Assembly: GCF_006345805.1 (NCBI RefSeq)
Contig: NC_043003.1
Span: forward strand, 24,304,001 to 24,368,000
Reading direction: 5' to 3'
DNA: 64,000 nt
DNA from: Octopus sinensis
Taxonomy: Eukaryota
The translations under genes were made by a program, and so were the position numbers. Shown piece after piece: positions 12,210-25,290 of the stretch. Each line of letters begins with the position of its first letter. Position 1 is the first letter of the stretch. The notes under the pieces were generated by a model. The model worked only from the letters and a program-made list of their open reading frames with translations, was not told the origin of the DNA and searched no databases.

Positions 12210-13097
12210 TATGTGTGTGTATTTCGCAATTAATACAAGCTTAATTTTTTACCATAAGTGGAAAATAACTTGGTTTTATGTTCTTATAATTTCGAGCAAT
12301 AAAAATGTAGTAATAGGTTTTCACAGAATAAATATTTTACTATCATAGCTTAACTGAAAGTATATTGTTATACGTATCGTTAAGATGGGTTTGACATATA
12401 TAATTTATATAAACATATATAACAAAAGTGAAAAAAAGATAACAAGGGAAAATAAGGAGACACGTGTTGCTTCGAGCCTTTTGTATAGCAAAAGTGTTTA
12501 CTATATGGATTGTTGAGTTTGCGATTAACAGGGGGTTTGTTTTTGTGGTATAGTTAAAGAGAGAAAGGAGGAGAAATAGAGAGAAAGAAGGAGGGAGAGA
12601 AAGAGAGAGAGCGTAAGAGAAACGAAATAGTTCAAGCAACGAAAGAAATAACCGTTGGGTACCAAAGTCATTTCTTGTACTCTAAGGACGTGTCACAAAA
12701 ATACAAGATATTTATTGTTGTTTACAATAGAGATTCGCATTTCATTCACCTGCAGACTACTATAACTACATTATAGAGTCACACACCAGAGTCACTCAGA
12801 AGAATTCTATTTGATGAGAAGTCCCTTCTGGTTTGGGGTTGCAGGAAGGAACAATCGATTATGCTCCACAATAGAATAGATATAAAACAAAGTCGGTCGC
12901 CCCAAGCATTCGAATTCAGAACATAGAAGTTTTCTAATCGAATACCGCAAGATAGTTTGTCCATCACGCTAAAGATTCTTCTAATTCCCTTGCTTAATTA
13001 TCCATTCTTTGCTAGAAATACATTCATGACGCCCGTCTCATACGTACGAGAAGGCGATACTCTAATAATAGATAATATTTATACACACATACACGCA

Positions 13098-13240
13098 ATG
13101 GGACCCTGAAGTATGTAACACACTGCCTAAATACCAATCTTGAGAAATTAGGCTTCTCAAAACCAGAAAGGAGACTACAGATTCAATCTATCACTAGAAC
13201 TGTAAAACTCTGTAAAACTTTCCAGTAGTTTATCATTTAA
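13098..13240 (+). mobile_element. REL-type LINE C-terminal fragment
   Basis: Translates GTLKYVTHCLNTNLEKLGFSKPERRLQIQSITRTVKLCKTFQ*, resembling the end of R4/Dong-type restriction-like endonuclease domains. Confidence 0.55.
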
Positions 13241-13295
13241 GTATATATGAGAATGTCTAGATATGCATCTATATGCATGAAAATACATACATATA

Positions 13296-14571
13296 CGAGG
13301 GACATTCAATAAGTAATGCCTCTGACTCACTTGCAGTTGTTTGATCTAGCTGAAAGTTTACATGTGCAATCATCTCTATCTCTATAGAGTAAGTTGCAAA
13401 TTACAGCTCTAAATTAATTGTGGTTTCTGATTTACAGGTGTTTGAACCGAGTCAAGTGTGAAATGGAGCCTGTTGAGTGTCGAGCAGTGATCCGGTTTTT
13501 GTATTTGAAAGGACGCACACCACGGGAGACTTTTGATGAAATGAAAGTAACTTATGGTGATGATGCCCCATCATATGACCTTGTAAAACGCTGGCATCGA
13601 GAAATTCAAACATGGTCGGAACTCTGTGGAAACAGCTCCCAGATCTGGTCGCCCCCTTCTGCCATTGATGAGGCATCTGTCCGTCAAGTTGAGGCTGCCA
13701 TTTTGGAGGATCGACGCATAATTATTCGCCAAATAGCCCATGAGGTCAAGATTAGTACCGGGTCTGTGGAAACTATCATTCATGACCATTTGCATATGCA
13801 AAAGGTGTCTGCCAGATGGATTCCCAGGTTGCTCACGCCTTTCCAGAAGCAAGAACGCGTCGAGTGCTCGAGGGTGAATTTGGAGATGTGCCAAGAAGAT
13901 GAGTCAAAATTTTTCAAAAGACTGATTACACAGGATGAAACCTGGGTCCATCACGATGATCCAGAGACCAAAGCCCAGTCAATGCAATGGAAGCACCATG
14001 ACTCACCCCCTCCAAAGAAGGCAAGGGTGCAGCCCTCCGCTGGCAAGGTCATGCTCACAGTCTTCTGGGACCAGGACGGAGTAGTGATGACAGATTTCCT
14101 GGCAAAGGGTACCTATTATGCTTCACTTTTGAGGAAATTAAGAGAAGTTATCAAAATCAAGAGGCGGGGCAAGATCAACAAAGGCATCCTCCTCCTGCAG
14201 GACAACGCTCCGGTCCACAACTCGCTTGTCGCCAGATCAGAAGCACAGGCGTATGGCTATGAACTCCTCCCCATCCCCCTACTTTCCTGACCTTGCACCC
14301 TCTGATTTTCACCTCTTCCCAATCATGAAGTTGTTTTTGAAAGGAAAGCGTTTCCCAGATGATGCAGCCTTGATTTCTGAAGTCACGTTGAGGTTGGAGG
14401 ACCAAGCTGGGTTCTTCTACAAAAACGGTCTCCAGAGCCGCATCAAACGATGGGAGAAATGCGTAACTCTGGGTGGTTCCTATGTAGAAAAAGACTAACA
14501 ACTGTGCCAAGTTTCGTTGCTCTACTGCTATGGGAAGTGGGTCAGGGGCATTACTTATTGAACGCCCCTCG
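13296..14571 (+). mobile_element. Near full-length mariner (Tc1/mariner, DD34D) transposon
   Basis: Imperfect TIRs cgagggacattcaataagtaatgcc / ggcattacttattgaacgcccctcg, TA at 13294-95 and 14572-73, length 1276 bp. Confidence 0.95.
13463..14498 (+). pseudogene. Mariner transposase, frameshifted
   Basis: MEPVECRAVIRFL HTH, WIPRLL motif, catalytic QDET, QDNA and (Y)FPDLAPSDF. Frameshift near 14270 and a compensating pair near 13603/13652. Confidence 0.92.
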
Positions 14572-14833
14572 TAGCAAAGCATACAAATCTGCACTTATAC
14601 AAAGATACAAACAAACTAAAATACCCTGTTGTTGATGTTGAAATTCCAATGAAAGAGCCTTGGATCCAGGTTAGAAACCGGTTCTTTCTCTATTGGCAAG
14701 AAATCTTGAAATAAAACTGAACAATGACATACATTTATGCATACATACACAGGTGTATATATATATACATACATATATATATATACATATAAAGATATAT
14801 ATATATATATGTGTGTGTGTGTATACATATGTG

Positions 14834-14885
<52 letters not shown>

Positions 14886-14956
14886 AATACATATACAAAT
14901 ATATATGTGTGGGAGGGGGTACAAATATTGCCCATCATCTTACATCACATTTTCTT

Positions 14957-15175
14957 ACTCTTTACTCTTTTACTTGTTTCTGTCATTTGACTGCGGCCAT
15001 GCTGGAGCACCGCCTTTAATTGAGCAACTCGACCCCGGGACTTATTCTTTTGTAAGCCCAAGACTTATTCTATCGGTCTCTTTTGCCGAACCGCTAAGTA
15101 ACGGGGACATAAACACACCAGCATCGGTTGTCAAGCAATGCTAGGGGGACAAACACAGACACACAAACACACACA

Positions 15176-15226
<51 letters not shown>

Positions 15227-15388
15227 GACGGGCTTCTTTCAGTTTCCGTCTACCAAATCCACTCACAAGGCTTTGGTCGGCCCGAGGCTATAGTAGAAGA
15301 CACTTGCCCGAGGTGCCACGCAGTGGGACTGAACCCGGAACCATGTGGTTGGTAAACAAGCTACTTACCACACAGCCACTCCTGCGCC
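14957..15388 (-). mobile_element. Full-length SINE family A with 16-bp TSD
   Basis: Complete head to (TAAAAGAG)n tail; tacatcacattttctt duplicated at 14941-14956 and 15389-15404. Confidence 0.93.
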
Positions 15389-15446
15389 TACATCACATTT
15401 TCTTTTTACTTTCGTATATACACTCTGTGTTGTTTTGTTTCTCTGC

Positions 15447-16339
15447 GACCTTCGCAGGCACCGCCAATATGGGAATCCCTTAATGGTGCAAAACTGAGTA
15501 TTACCATTTTGGTTGATAACTGATGAAGAATTAGGGACCCTCTGTGTTATATACGTATACGTTTTTCATCTATTATTGTTTATTTACATTCCATTGTTTC
15601 ATTTACTATATAACGATACGCAACACACATTCAACGTATATTAACAGTAAGGTTATATATATATATATTCTGTGTGACTCTACTTCTCCTCTTTTTCTTT
15701 CTCACCCTGTTACTTCTATTTCTAGCCTGTCCACTTTTCTCTTTTTCTCTCTCTCACTCTCACACCTGTATTTATAGCCTTTCTCCTCGTGCTTTGCCTT
15801 TCATACTTACCTTTTTCCCCCTCTGTCCGCTCTCTATCACTTTTTCCTCTGCCTCCTGCTGACACGTGACTCGTGGCCAGTTTTCCTTCATTCTCTCACT
15901 TTCTCACACCAACCACCCAGCGATTCGGTCGCAAAAATTTTCTCCGTCCTGCTATTTGCTATTGTCTATATCCTTCAGGATTTCTTCTGATCATTACTCA
16001 CTATTTTTGGCCCTAAGACTGTATTCTACTCGCTTCATCATTGTTCATCGTCTTAAATTACATTTTTTAATTTTCGTACGTCTAATCTGTATCATTTTGT
16101 TGCTTGAGGTCCGATTCACTGCGTCTTTTGCAGGTACCGCCAACATGGGACGCCCTCAGTCTTATCATTAACGGTACGAAACTGAGTAGTACCATTTTGG
16201 TTGATAATTGATGAAGAATTAGGGACCCTCGGTGTCTTATACGTATAAGTTTTTTTAGCTGTCATTCTTTATTTACAATGCTTTTTTTCATTTCTTAAGT
16301 AACGGCACGCAACACACAATCGACGCTTATTAACAGTAA

Positions 16340-16345
<6 letters not shown>
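15447..16345 (+). repeat. Two diverged ~215-bp direct repeats (15447-15660, 16122-16345) flanking a pyrimidine-rich spacer; pLTR-like
   Basis: Both copies read gcagg(c/t)accgccaa.atggga...aaactgagta.taccattttggttgataa.tgatgaagaattagggaccctc...ttaacagtaa. Confidence 0.85.
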
Positions 16346-16398
<53 letters not shown>

Positions 16399-16434
16399 CT
16401 TTATTAATAAAGATGCAAAGTTAATACAAAAACT

Positions 16435-16470
16435 GTTACTCAGAGTTTCACGTTCTCGTTCGTCTGACAT
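16435..16470 (-). ncRNA. Degenerate minimal hammerhead-ribozyme motif
   Basis: Reverse complement gt-CAGACGA-acg-agaa-cgt-GAAA-ctc-t-gag-TA-ac. One core mismatch (CAGA for CUGA). Confidence 0.5.
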
Positions 16471-16481
16471 TTACTCTGATA

Positions 16482-16549
<68 letters not shown>

Positions 16550-17533
16550 TACATATATATATATATAAATATATATATATATACATACATATATATATGT
16601 ATGTATGTATGTACGTACGTATATATTATGTAGAGAGAGAGAGAGAGAGAGAGAGAGATACATACATACATACATACATACATACATACATACATACATA
16701 CATACATACATACATACTAACTCATTTACCAGCATATATTATATTATATCATATTATATTATATTATATTCGGAAGTAGAGACTGAATCGTAAAAGAAAA
16801 TAGGAAAATATATATTATCCATTTTACTTTATAATGGCGAACAGACGAGAGTAAAGGTAAGCCCTTCCGAAATGAGAAGTCTGGCAAACTATTTTTAGGC
16901 GTGTCTTTGTAGCTATTCTATTTCACAGACTTGGCTGATAACCTTGAGAATGTTATGAAAGTCATGAATGTCATTAGACTTTATTTTATGTTTCCTATAA
17001 ATTGGACGTCATGCATATATTGATAAAAATCAATGTATAAACGGAATAATATTACATAAGCTTAGCATCCAAGACATGATTTGCTTCCATGTAAATACAT
17101 AAAATGTAATAGTGTGTCCTTGCCAGCAATTATTACGAACATACCCGTAGCCAGGAATGTAAGTAATACATAAATTGGTATATTCAATCGTGTTACACTG
17201 CTAAACTTATTTGTTATTTAAACAATGTGTTTGTGGATAGCTGATGAGTTGGATGTGACCCTGATGAAAGATCAATATCTTTTGAAATACCTATATACAC
17301 ACAGCACGTATATTTTCTATCTTCGATTGCATTAGTTACATACACGTATCCGTTTACAAACATCGTAACATGAAATGCTGGCTCTGAATTCTATAGAAAA
17401 TCTACAGAAATAAACATAAAAGTGATAACAAATTATATACTCATGCTCACACTGTTATATATGCACTAGTATATACTTATACGCATAGAGAGTGAATATA
17501 CGTATATACTAATGTGTATAGAACGAGCGTGTA

Positions 17534-17738
17534 CGAAGACGTGTTGAAAAGTTCCCGGTTTGGGTAAAAGAAAATACAAGAGGATCGGGTAATTATGATT
17601 TTACTCCCTTCGCGGATTACCACAGATTGCAGCGGTCCTTCAGTTTTGCTAAGCTCTGTAAAAGAACTCAGAAAGTTGGGGCTTCAACCAAGCCTTTCAC
17701 GATACCCTTCAAGCCAGGAACTTTTCAGCACACCCTTG
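17534..17738 (-). mobile_element. Mariner-derived MITE (~205 bp)
   Basis: TIR-like gtgttgaaaagttcccgg / ccaggaacttttcagcac after TA. Same family as 27876, 33350 and 63678. Confidence 0.8.
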
Positions 17739-17909
17739 TGTACATAACATGAGCTTTACTATTCAAAGATTAAAAATAACATAGTCAAACATTATAATAT
17801 TCAAATACAAACATTATTATATAGACACAAATTTTGTGCATGTACGAAGATTACTACATACATAAATGTATGCTCAACCCCACCATATTCGATATACATA
17901 ACCAGAGAA

Positions 17910-18105
17910 ATAGTTTCAGATTTTGGCACAATGCCAGCATTTTTTCAAGGAGAAGTTCATTGATCGACTCCAATAAATTTATTGGCCCCGAAAAGATGAA
18001 AGATAAAGTTGATCGCAGTGGAATTTGGACTCAAAACGTAAAAACAAATGGAATCCCGTTAGGCATTTTGTTCGCCACGCTAACGGTTCTGCCAGTTCAC
18101 CGCTT
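17910..18105 (-). mobile_element. SINE family B, diverged
   Basis: ccccgaaaagatgaaagataaagttgatcgcagtggaatttggactcaaaacg...ctgccagttcaccgc. Confidence 0.75.
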
Positions 18106-18261
18106 AGCACACAATCATAATAATATATACTCCTCAACAAGCTAAATATTGATTAATTTGTTATTATACATGCGCACATAATCATTATTGTATTGAATTT
18201 ACATGTTTTAAAAGGTTGAATAATAAATAACAACTAATTAATCAATAATGTATTCACAATT

Positions 18262-18396
18262 TTGCTGAACCGCTAAGTTTCGGGGACGTAAACACACCAA
18301 CATCGGTTGTTAAGCGATGTTGGGGGGACAAACACAGACACACAAACGCATAAACACACATACACACACACACACACACAGACGCACACACACACA

Positions 18397-18443
<47 letters not shown>

Positions 18444-18596
18444 GACTGGCTTCTTGCAGTTTTCGTCTACCAAATCCACTCACAAGGCTTTGGTCGGCCC
18501 GAGGCTATAGTAGAAGACACTGTCCCAAGGTGCCATGCAGTGGGACTGAACCCGGAACCATACGATTGCTAAGCAAGCTACTTACCACACAACTAT
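18262..18596 (-). mobile_element. SINE family A, partial
   Basis: gaaccgctaagtt.cggggacgtaaacacacc...gggactgaacccggaacc. Confidence 0.88.
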
Positions 18597-21500
18597 ATTG
18601 ATTGATTGATTGATTGATTGATTCCAGTTTCAGCTCATGAGCTGTGGCCATGCTGGGGCACCGCCATTTGGTGTTGCTACTTGGTTTCACTTCATGGAGG
18701 CTTTCTAGCAACTGCTATTTGGTGCATGAGAGAGTTCGATGCAGCTGCCCTCATCTGCCCCTCCTGCCGTGAAGTTGGTTCATCTGGGACACCTGACAGG
18801 AAGAGATCCAGCTCCATTTTAAAGACATCTGTATCCACCCCATGCAGGTCTCTCAGGTTCATCGGGAGGATATTGAAGAGCTGTGGGCCTCGGAAGCCCA
18901 GGCTATCACAGAATCTTGTCCTACATCTTGATGGCAAGTTTGGAGTCCTAGGCACCACGCAGTGGCGCCCAGTTCTGGCGTTTGCGTAACTCTCGATGCC
19001 AAAGTTCAGGACACTTCCCTCCAGGATCTTCCAGATGTATATTATGGCATATCTTTCCCGCCTACGCTCCAGGGAATATAATTTTAATCTCTTGAGTCTT
19101 TCCCAGTAGCTTACATTCTGTATAGAGGCTATCTTCTTCGTGTAGCTTCGTTGGATCGCCTCAAGTTCTGTGATCAACTTGACACTGGATGGTGACCATA
19201 GCTGAGAGCAATAGTCAAAGTGACTTAGGACAAGTGTCTTCCAGAGGACCATCATGGTTTCTTGTTCTCTTGTTCTAAAGGTTCTAAGAATCCATCCAGC
19301 CAGGCGTCTGCATTTCACTGTCAGTTTAGCAACATGTACATGAAAGGTCGCGTCATCACTCATGTGAATACCAGGTCACGCACTGATTGTGCCTCTGGGA
19401 TTGCAATCCCTCCGGTCCAGTGTATTCCTTGGGTATTGCATTCAGTTTTGCATGCTGATAGTATAAAGCTTGAAACTTTTCAGCATTGAACTGCATGCTA
19501 TTCTTTTCAGCCCACTTGTAAATTTCGTCCAGCTCATATTGCAGGTGCCTAGTGTCTTCAGGGTTCTGTATTGCCTGTGAAACTTTTGTATCATCTGCAT
19601 AACTTGTGATCGTGGCTCTCCGCGTGGCTGAGGGCATGTCTGAGAGGGCCATTATGAACAGTAGTGGTCCCAAAACAGTGCCCTGTGGAACACCGCTCAC
19701 TATTTGCGTGCTAATGGAAGTGGCCCCATTGGCTACTACCACCTGACTTCTATTCTTCAGAAAGTCGTGAAGCCATTCTCCTAGTTTTCCAACTATGCCA
19801 AGATCACGCAGTTTGTGACATATCATTCCATGATCGACTTTATCGAAGGCCTTTGCGAAGTCGAGATATATGACTTCCACATTTGAGTGGTTGAGCAGTT
19901 GTTTCAGGACCCAGTCATAGTGCTGCAGGAGCTGAGTTAAGCTTTCTTCCTGGTCGGAAACCATGTTGGGTGTCAGGCAGCAAGTCATTTTCTTCAAGGA
20001 AGGTGATTAGTTTCCTTCTGACTATTCGTTCCATGACCTTGCTGATGTGTGAGGTCAGAGAGATAGGTCTGTAGTTCTTGGCCTCCGCTCTGCTACCTCC
20101 TTTATGATAGGGCATATTTTACCTTCCTTCAGTTTTCTTGGAAGTTTGCCAGCTGCAAGGAATCTGAAAGAGGAACTGCAGTGGTCTTGCTAAGACTCTC
20201 TTACATACTTTTAGGAGGATTGCCGGGAATCCATCGGGGCAATAGCTGAGTCTATTTTCATTTCATCTATAGCCTTTATTACATCATCTTCCTTTATATC
20301 GATGTAATTTAACGTCGCCGCCTCTGATTCTATATCTGCAGTGGTAAAAAGTCAGTTGGATTGCTGATTTGGAAATGCCCAGGGGTGGAGTGAAAACACT
20401 CTTGAATTGTTCATTCAGTATTTCACTTACCCTCATTGGTTTTCCTGTGAGTGTGCCATCCTTTTCAAGGAGTGGCCCTATCCTACAGTGCACCGTAGCT
20501 GTTTCTTTGGCATACCTGTAGAAAGCTCTGGGGTTAGTTTTTATGTTGTCTATAGCCCAGGCTTCTTTGTCTGCTCTTTCCTTCTCATGGGAGAGTTGCA
20601 GACAATTTTCAATTTCCAACAGTTTTATTTTCAGGCGGGACTTTTCACTGCTTTCAATTTGTTTGTTTAGGCGATTTGAGATTTTTGTGCGCCGTCTCAT
20701 TAAAATTTTTCTCTCTCTCTGGGGATTTTGTTCTTGTGTACAGTGGCCTTTCTCTCTGGGACACATTTGTAGCATATGGCTTGCATTACAGACATGAATT
20801 GTTGAAGTATCATGTCGATGTCCGGCGAGGAGAGACATTCAGGCCAGTTTTGTTTGAGGATCTCTTTCTCAATTTGTTTCCAGTTTGCCTTATTGAAGTT
20901 CAAGCTGGAAAGACTCTGAGGGTTTCTTGTAGGCTGCATGTCCGTGCTCTCTTTTGGCCCGTACATGGTCAGCTCTACCATGTTGTGATCCGAGAGTAGT
21001 GTCGGTGTCACTTTCACATTATGGATGAGATCCATATTATTTGTGAAGCAGAGATCCAGTGTGTTACCCGCTCTGGTTGGTTGGAGTATTACTTGCTCCA
21101 TGTACAGGGTGTTGGTGAGGTTCAGGAGGGACCTCGCCTGTCCTCGTTCACATCCTGTCATTCCTGGGAGAGAAAGGCCCTCGGGCCATCTGACATTCGG
21201 TAGAATTAAGTCTCCCATGAGAAGTACACTTATGTGTTGTTCTAATGTGGTTAGAACTTCTTCTATTTTTAAAAGGCAGTCCTCAAACTTGCCCATATGA
21301 CTTGGGGCATCTGGAGGGCGATATGTAGCACACACAACTACATCAAGTTGCCTTATGTGTACAATTAGTGTGTCACACACCGAGTTTGAGTATGACAAAA
21401 GGACCTGGGGTGTGAGGTCCCCACGGATGTACATAGCAACTCCTCCATGACTTCTTTCTTTCCTGTCGGTCCGTAGTACAACATACTGTAGTATGTGTAA

Positions 21501-21756
21501 TTCCGCATCTGCTATGTCCGGTTTCAGATGCGTTTCTGTGAGTGCTATGCATAAGGCTTGATTGCATGCGACAAAGTCTCTCAGGAACGGACTTTTGTCC
21601 TGTTACTGTGTGTTAGTAGTCCTCTGATGTTCAGTAGAGCATCGAGGTAAGGTGTATGCTGTGTGTGCCGTGGTGTCCACCCTGGGTCCATCTGCTGTGG
21701 CGGTCTTGTGAACCGTGGCAGTTCCATCTGCGAGCCTGAGCCTGATGGAGCCAGGT
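18597..21756 (-). mobile_element. 5'-truncated CR1-type LINE (APE endonuclease + RT), frameshifted
   Basis: EN: LNIRGL, YRPP, MGDL..P, TRAGNTLDLCF, SDH. RT: NYRPISLTS, QHGFR, YLDFAKAFDKV, GVPQGTVLGP, YADD (19590-19601). C-terminus LYSLERRRERY. (ATCA)n tail at 18597-18622. Confidence 0.93.
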
Positions 21757-22279
21757 TATATACGTATATGAATACCATTATGTCCACACATCCACACTGT
21801 TACATATAGATATACACATATACACATTTCTATAGATTTACACATACAAACACTATCATGCATCCATACAAATTCATACAGTTTTTCTAAACAATAGCTT
21901 AATTAAATTGCTATATTCTTTATATGATTTCCTTTCTTCTTATCTTAGGGTTAATTTGTAGCTTTTTGTTGTCTCGTATTTTTAAATTCAAATTAATGTT
22001 CATCTAAAAGATCAGGTTTGATATAAATTAATAAAGGAATGAATTTAATAACTGAAAAAAATATATGAATTTATTTTCACAGAATATATTTTATATTATA
22101 TCTTCCTTTGTCTTTGGAATAAATATTTTCGCTGCTTCTGATAGATAATGCCTTTAATTAGTTTGAAATTTTTTTTCCTTTCAAAAAGTCGTTTGTTCAT
22201 CAAACTCATTTACATTTCAAGTTCAAATACAAGAGAAATTTTAACGTATACTTTTTTATTTTTTTTGCTACGGTCGGTG

Positions 22280-22470
22280 AGGAGACTGAATCGTTAGCGC
22301 GTAGGATGAAATACTAAGTAGTATTTATTGTGGCTGACTCTTTGAGTTTTACCAAGGTCGACTTTGCTTTACATCCTTTCGAGGTCGAAAAATAAAGTAC
22401 CAGTCAGTTAGTAGGGTCGATGTAATCGACTAACTCCTTCTCTTCAAAAGTTCTGGCCTTGTGCCAATAT
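22280..22470 (+). mobile_element. SINE family B
   Basis: aggtcgactttgctttacatcctttcgaggtcgaaaaataaagtaccag...gggtcgatgtaatcgact. Confidence 0.8.
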
Positions 22471-22474
22471 TCTT

Positions 22475-22655
22475 TTCTACTTTAGGCACAGGGCCCGAAA
22501 TTTTGGGGTAGGAGGCCAGTCGATTAGATCGACCTCCAGTACGTAACTGGTACTTAATTTATCGACCCCCGAAAGGATGAAAAGCAAAGTCGAGCTCGGC
22601 GAAATTTGAACTCAGAACATAAAGACAGACGAAATGTCGCTAAACATTTCGCCCG
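22475..22655 (-). mobile_element. SINE family B (inverted, tail-to-tail with previous copy)
   Basis: gtcgattagatcgacc...ggtacttaatttatcgacccccgaaaggatgaaaagcaaagtcga...tttgaactcagaac. Confidence 0.85.
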
Positions 22656-22779
22656 GAGAGAAGACAAAAAGACAAAATAAAACTAATAAAAAATTACTGG
22701 ATAATTCCAGATCCCGGATTTCTGACTTTGGATTTAGAAATGCTTTGCCTCATAAGTGGAATATACGCAGAGAGAAACA

Positions 22780-22782
22780 TAA

Positions 22783-22821
<39 letters not shown>

Positions 22822-23528
22822 CAACATACGAATAATTACATATACGGAGGAGTTAGGTAACAACAGCACGAACAAACACATACCGATTTTCCACATATGT
22901 AGTTGATATATATATATGTGTGTGTGTGCCTGTGTGTGTGTGTATGTATATGTATATATATATATGTGTGTGCGTGTGTGTGTGTGTATATGTATATATT
23001 TATATATGTGTGTGTGTGCATGCATATATATATATGTGTGTATGTATGTATATGTATACATATATGTGTGTGTGTGTGATTGAAGTTATTCTTCGTATTC
23101 CTATGTTCCTTTCTTTTCTGGTTTTCCTTATTGTATAACGTCAAACATGAAAGACGCACATGACAGACAACGAGCCACGAGGGAAGCTGCTACATTTTCG
23201 TTCTATTTCCAAAGAAATATCATGGAAATCTTTCTTCTGATCATGCACCGTACTGGCTTTCAAGAATATTAGACAGCTATACATTATATGGATATACTTA
23301 CACTAAGCCTGCAAAAACATGAAGGTGCAGTCCTAATTGGAGTGTCTTCAAATATCGGTTTGCACTAACATGGCCGCAGGGGCTACAAAAATGCACTATT
23401 TCTAGCAAGTTCTTTGCAAGTTGATCGTTTCATGTTTGCTTCTGCTTACTCTCTCTTCTATCATATGTAGCATCAGCCATTCGGTTTCGATCTCTCTCTT
23501 TCTTTCTCTCTCTCTCTCTCTCTCACTT

Positions 23529-23562
<34 letters not shown>

Positions 23563-23754
23563 ACATTTTCTCTCTCTTTCTATCTTTCTTAACATCTAAT
23601 AGACAAATCAAATAATTAACGAGTAAACAAATAAAATTAAAAGGAAATTATTTTTTTTAATGACATAAAAACAAGGCGTGTATAAAAATATATGAAATTA
23701 CTAAACATCGAGAAGATGAGTGCAGTAACTCTTTCTTGCAATCCACATACATGC

Positions 23755-23845
<91 letters not shown>

Positions 23846-24821
23846 TTATACAAATTAATACATAGATATATGTACATATACATATGTATTAAATAAATGT
23901 ATATTTGTATGGATGTTTAAGTATATATATATATATAAATGCACGGGTGTATGTATAAGTGTGTAAATTTAGATAGATAGATAGATAGACATACAGATAG
24001 ACAGACAGACAGACAGACAGTCAGACAGACAGGTAGAGAGAGAGACAGACAGGCAGACAGACATAAAACTCACCCACCTCTCTCACTTTTATAAATAGAA
24101 ATAAGTTCAACAAGAAGCTAGCAAAATATGAAAATAATAATAATAATAAAGACATTTAAACCCCAAAGTCGTTAAAAGAAATGAAAGAAAAAATGCCGAA
24201 CTTTTTCAGAGCAGCTCATGGAAAAATACTGTGGCCGAGATGAGATTTGCATATATATAGTAAATGTCATATCAACAGAGTGGTAAAAAAAAAGTGCATG
24301 CAATAAAAAATAGCACTATTAATATATGAATATTATTATTGCTTCGAAGCAGTGGAGAGATTTCCCGTAATATCAAATAATCCTTGCCATCCAGTAAGCA
24401 CTGTAGAACTATATACGTCATATACACTCGGAAAACACACACACAACACACACACACACACAGAGACACACACACAAATACACACTCACACACATTCACA
24501 CATACATATATATATATATGTATATATCCTATATACATATATCAACGTATTTATGTGCATAATATATATATTTATATATATATATATATGTGTGGATATA
24601 CGTAATATATATATATATATGTGTGTGTGTATAAATGTGTGTGTGCACGCACGTATGTTTATATATATATATATATATACATATACACACATGCATATAA
24701 GTATATATGTATATATATATAGATGTGTGTGTTAATATATATATATGTATACACATGCATATAAGAATATATGTATATATATATATATATATAAATATAT
24801 ACATATACACATGCATATAAG

Positions 24822-24860
<39 letters not shown>

Positions 24861-24880
24861 TATATACATACATGCACACA

Positions 24881-24945
<65 letters not shown>
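22780..24945. repeat. Interspersed (TA)n, (TG)n, (CT)n, (GATA)n, (GACA)n tracts
   Basis: Visible simple repeats with short unique spacers. Confidence 0.85.
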
Positions 24946-24947
<2 letters not shown>

Positions 24948-25094
24948 GCTTGATGTTTTAGCAATATGTTCAATCTATGAGTAATGATGCATGCATTCAC
25001 ATTTTTTAATAGCTGGTATAGGTCGTTGAAATGGCAAATGTTGGCAAGCTATGCTTTTGCACTGTCCTTAAACCTGACTCTAATCCTTTCTAAA

Positions 25095-25290
25095 AAAAAA
25101 TTCAGATGTAGACTGTTGTACCCACTTATTCAGAGTAATTTCCAATGTGATTCGTGTCATCAAATCGTTGTCCCTGAACACGATTCATCGTTCGATCGAA
25201 AAACGTCACCATATCTGGGCTGTACGGTGGATGGAGAACCACTATATTGCTTTTTCGCGGAAATTTACACAGGAAAGTAACTGGCTATTT
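25095..25290 (-). mobile_element. Old mariner transposase C-terminal fragment
   Basis: Reverse complement translates IVVLHPPYSPDM...VQGQRFDD (YSPDL motif). Confidence 0.7.
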
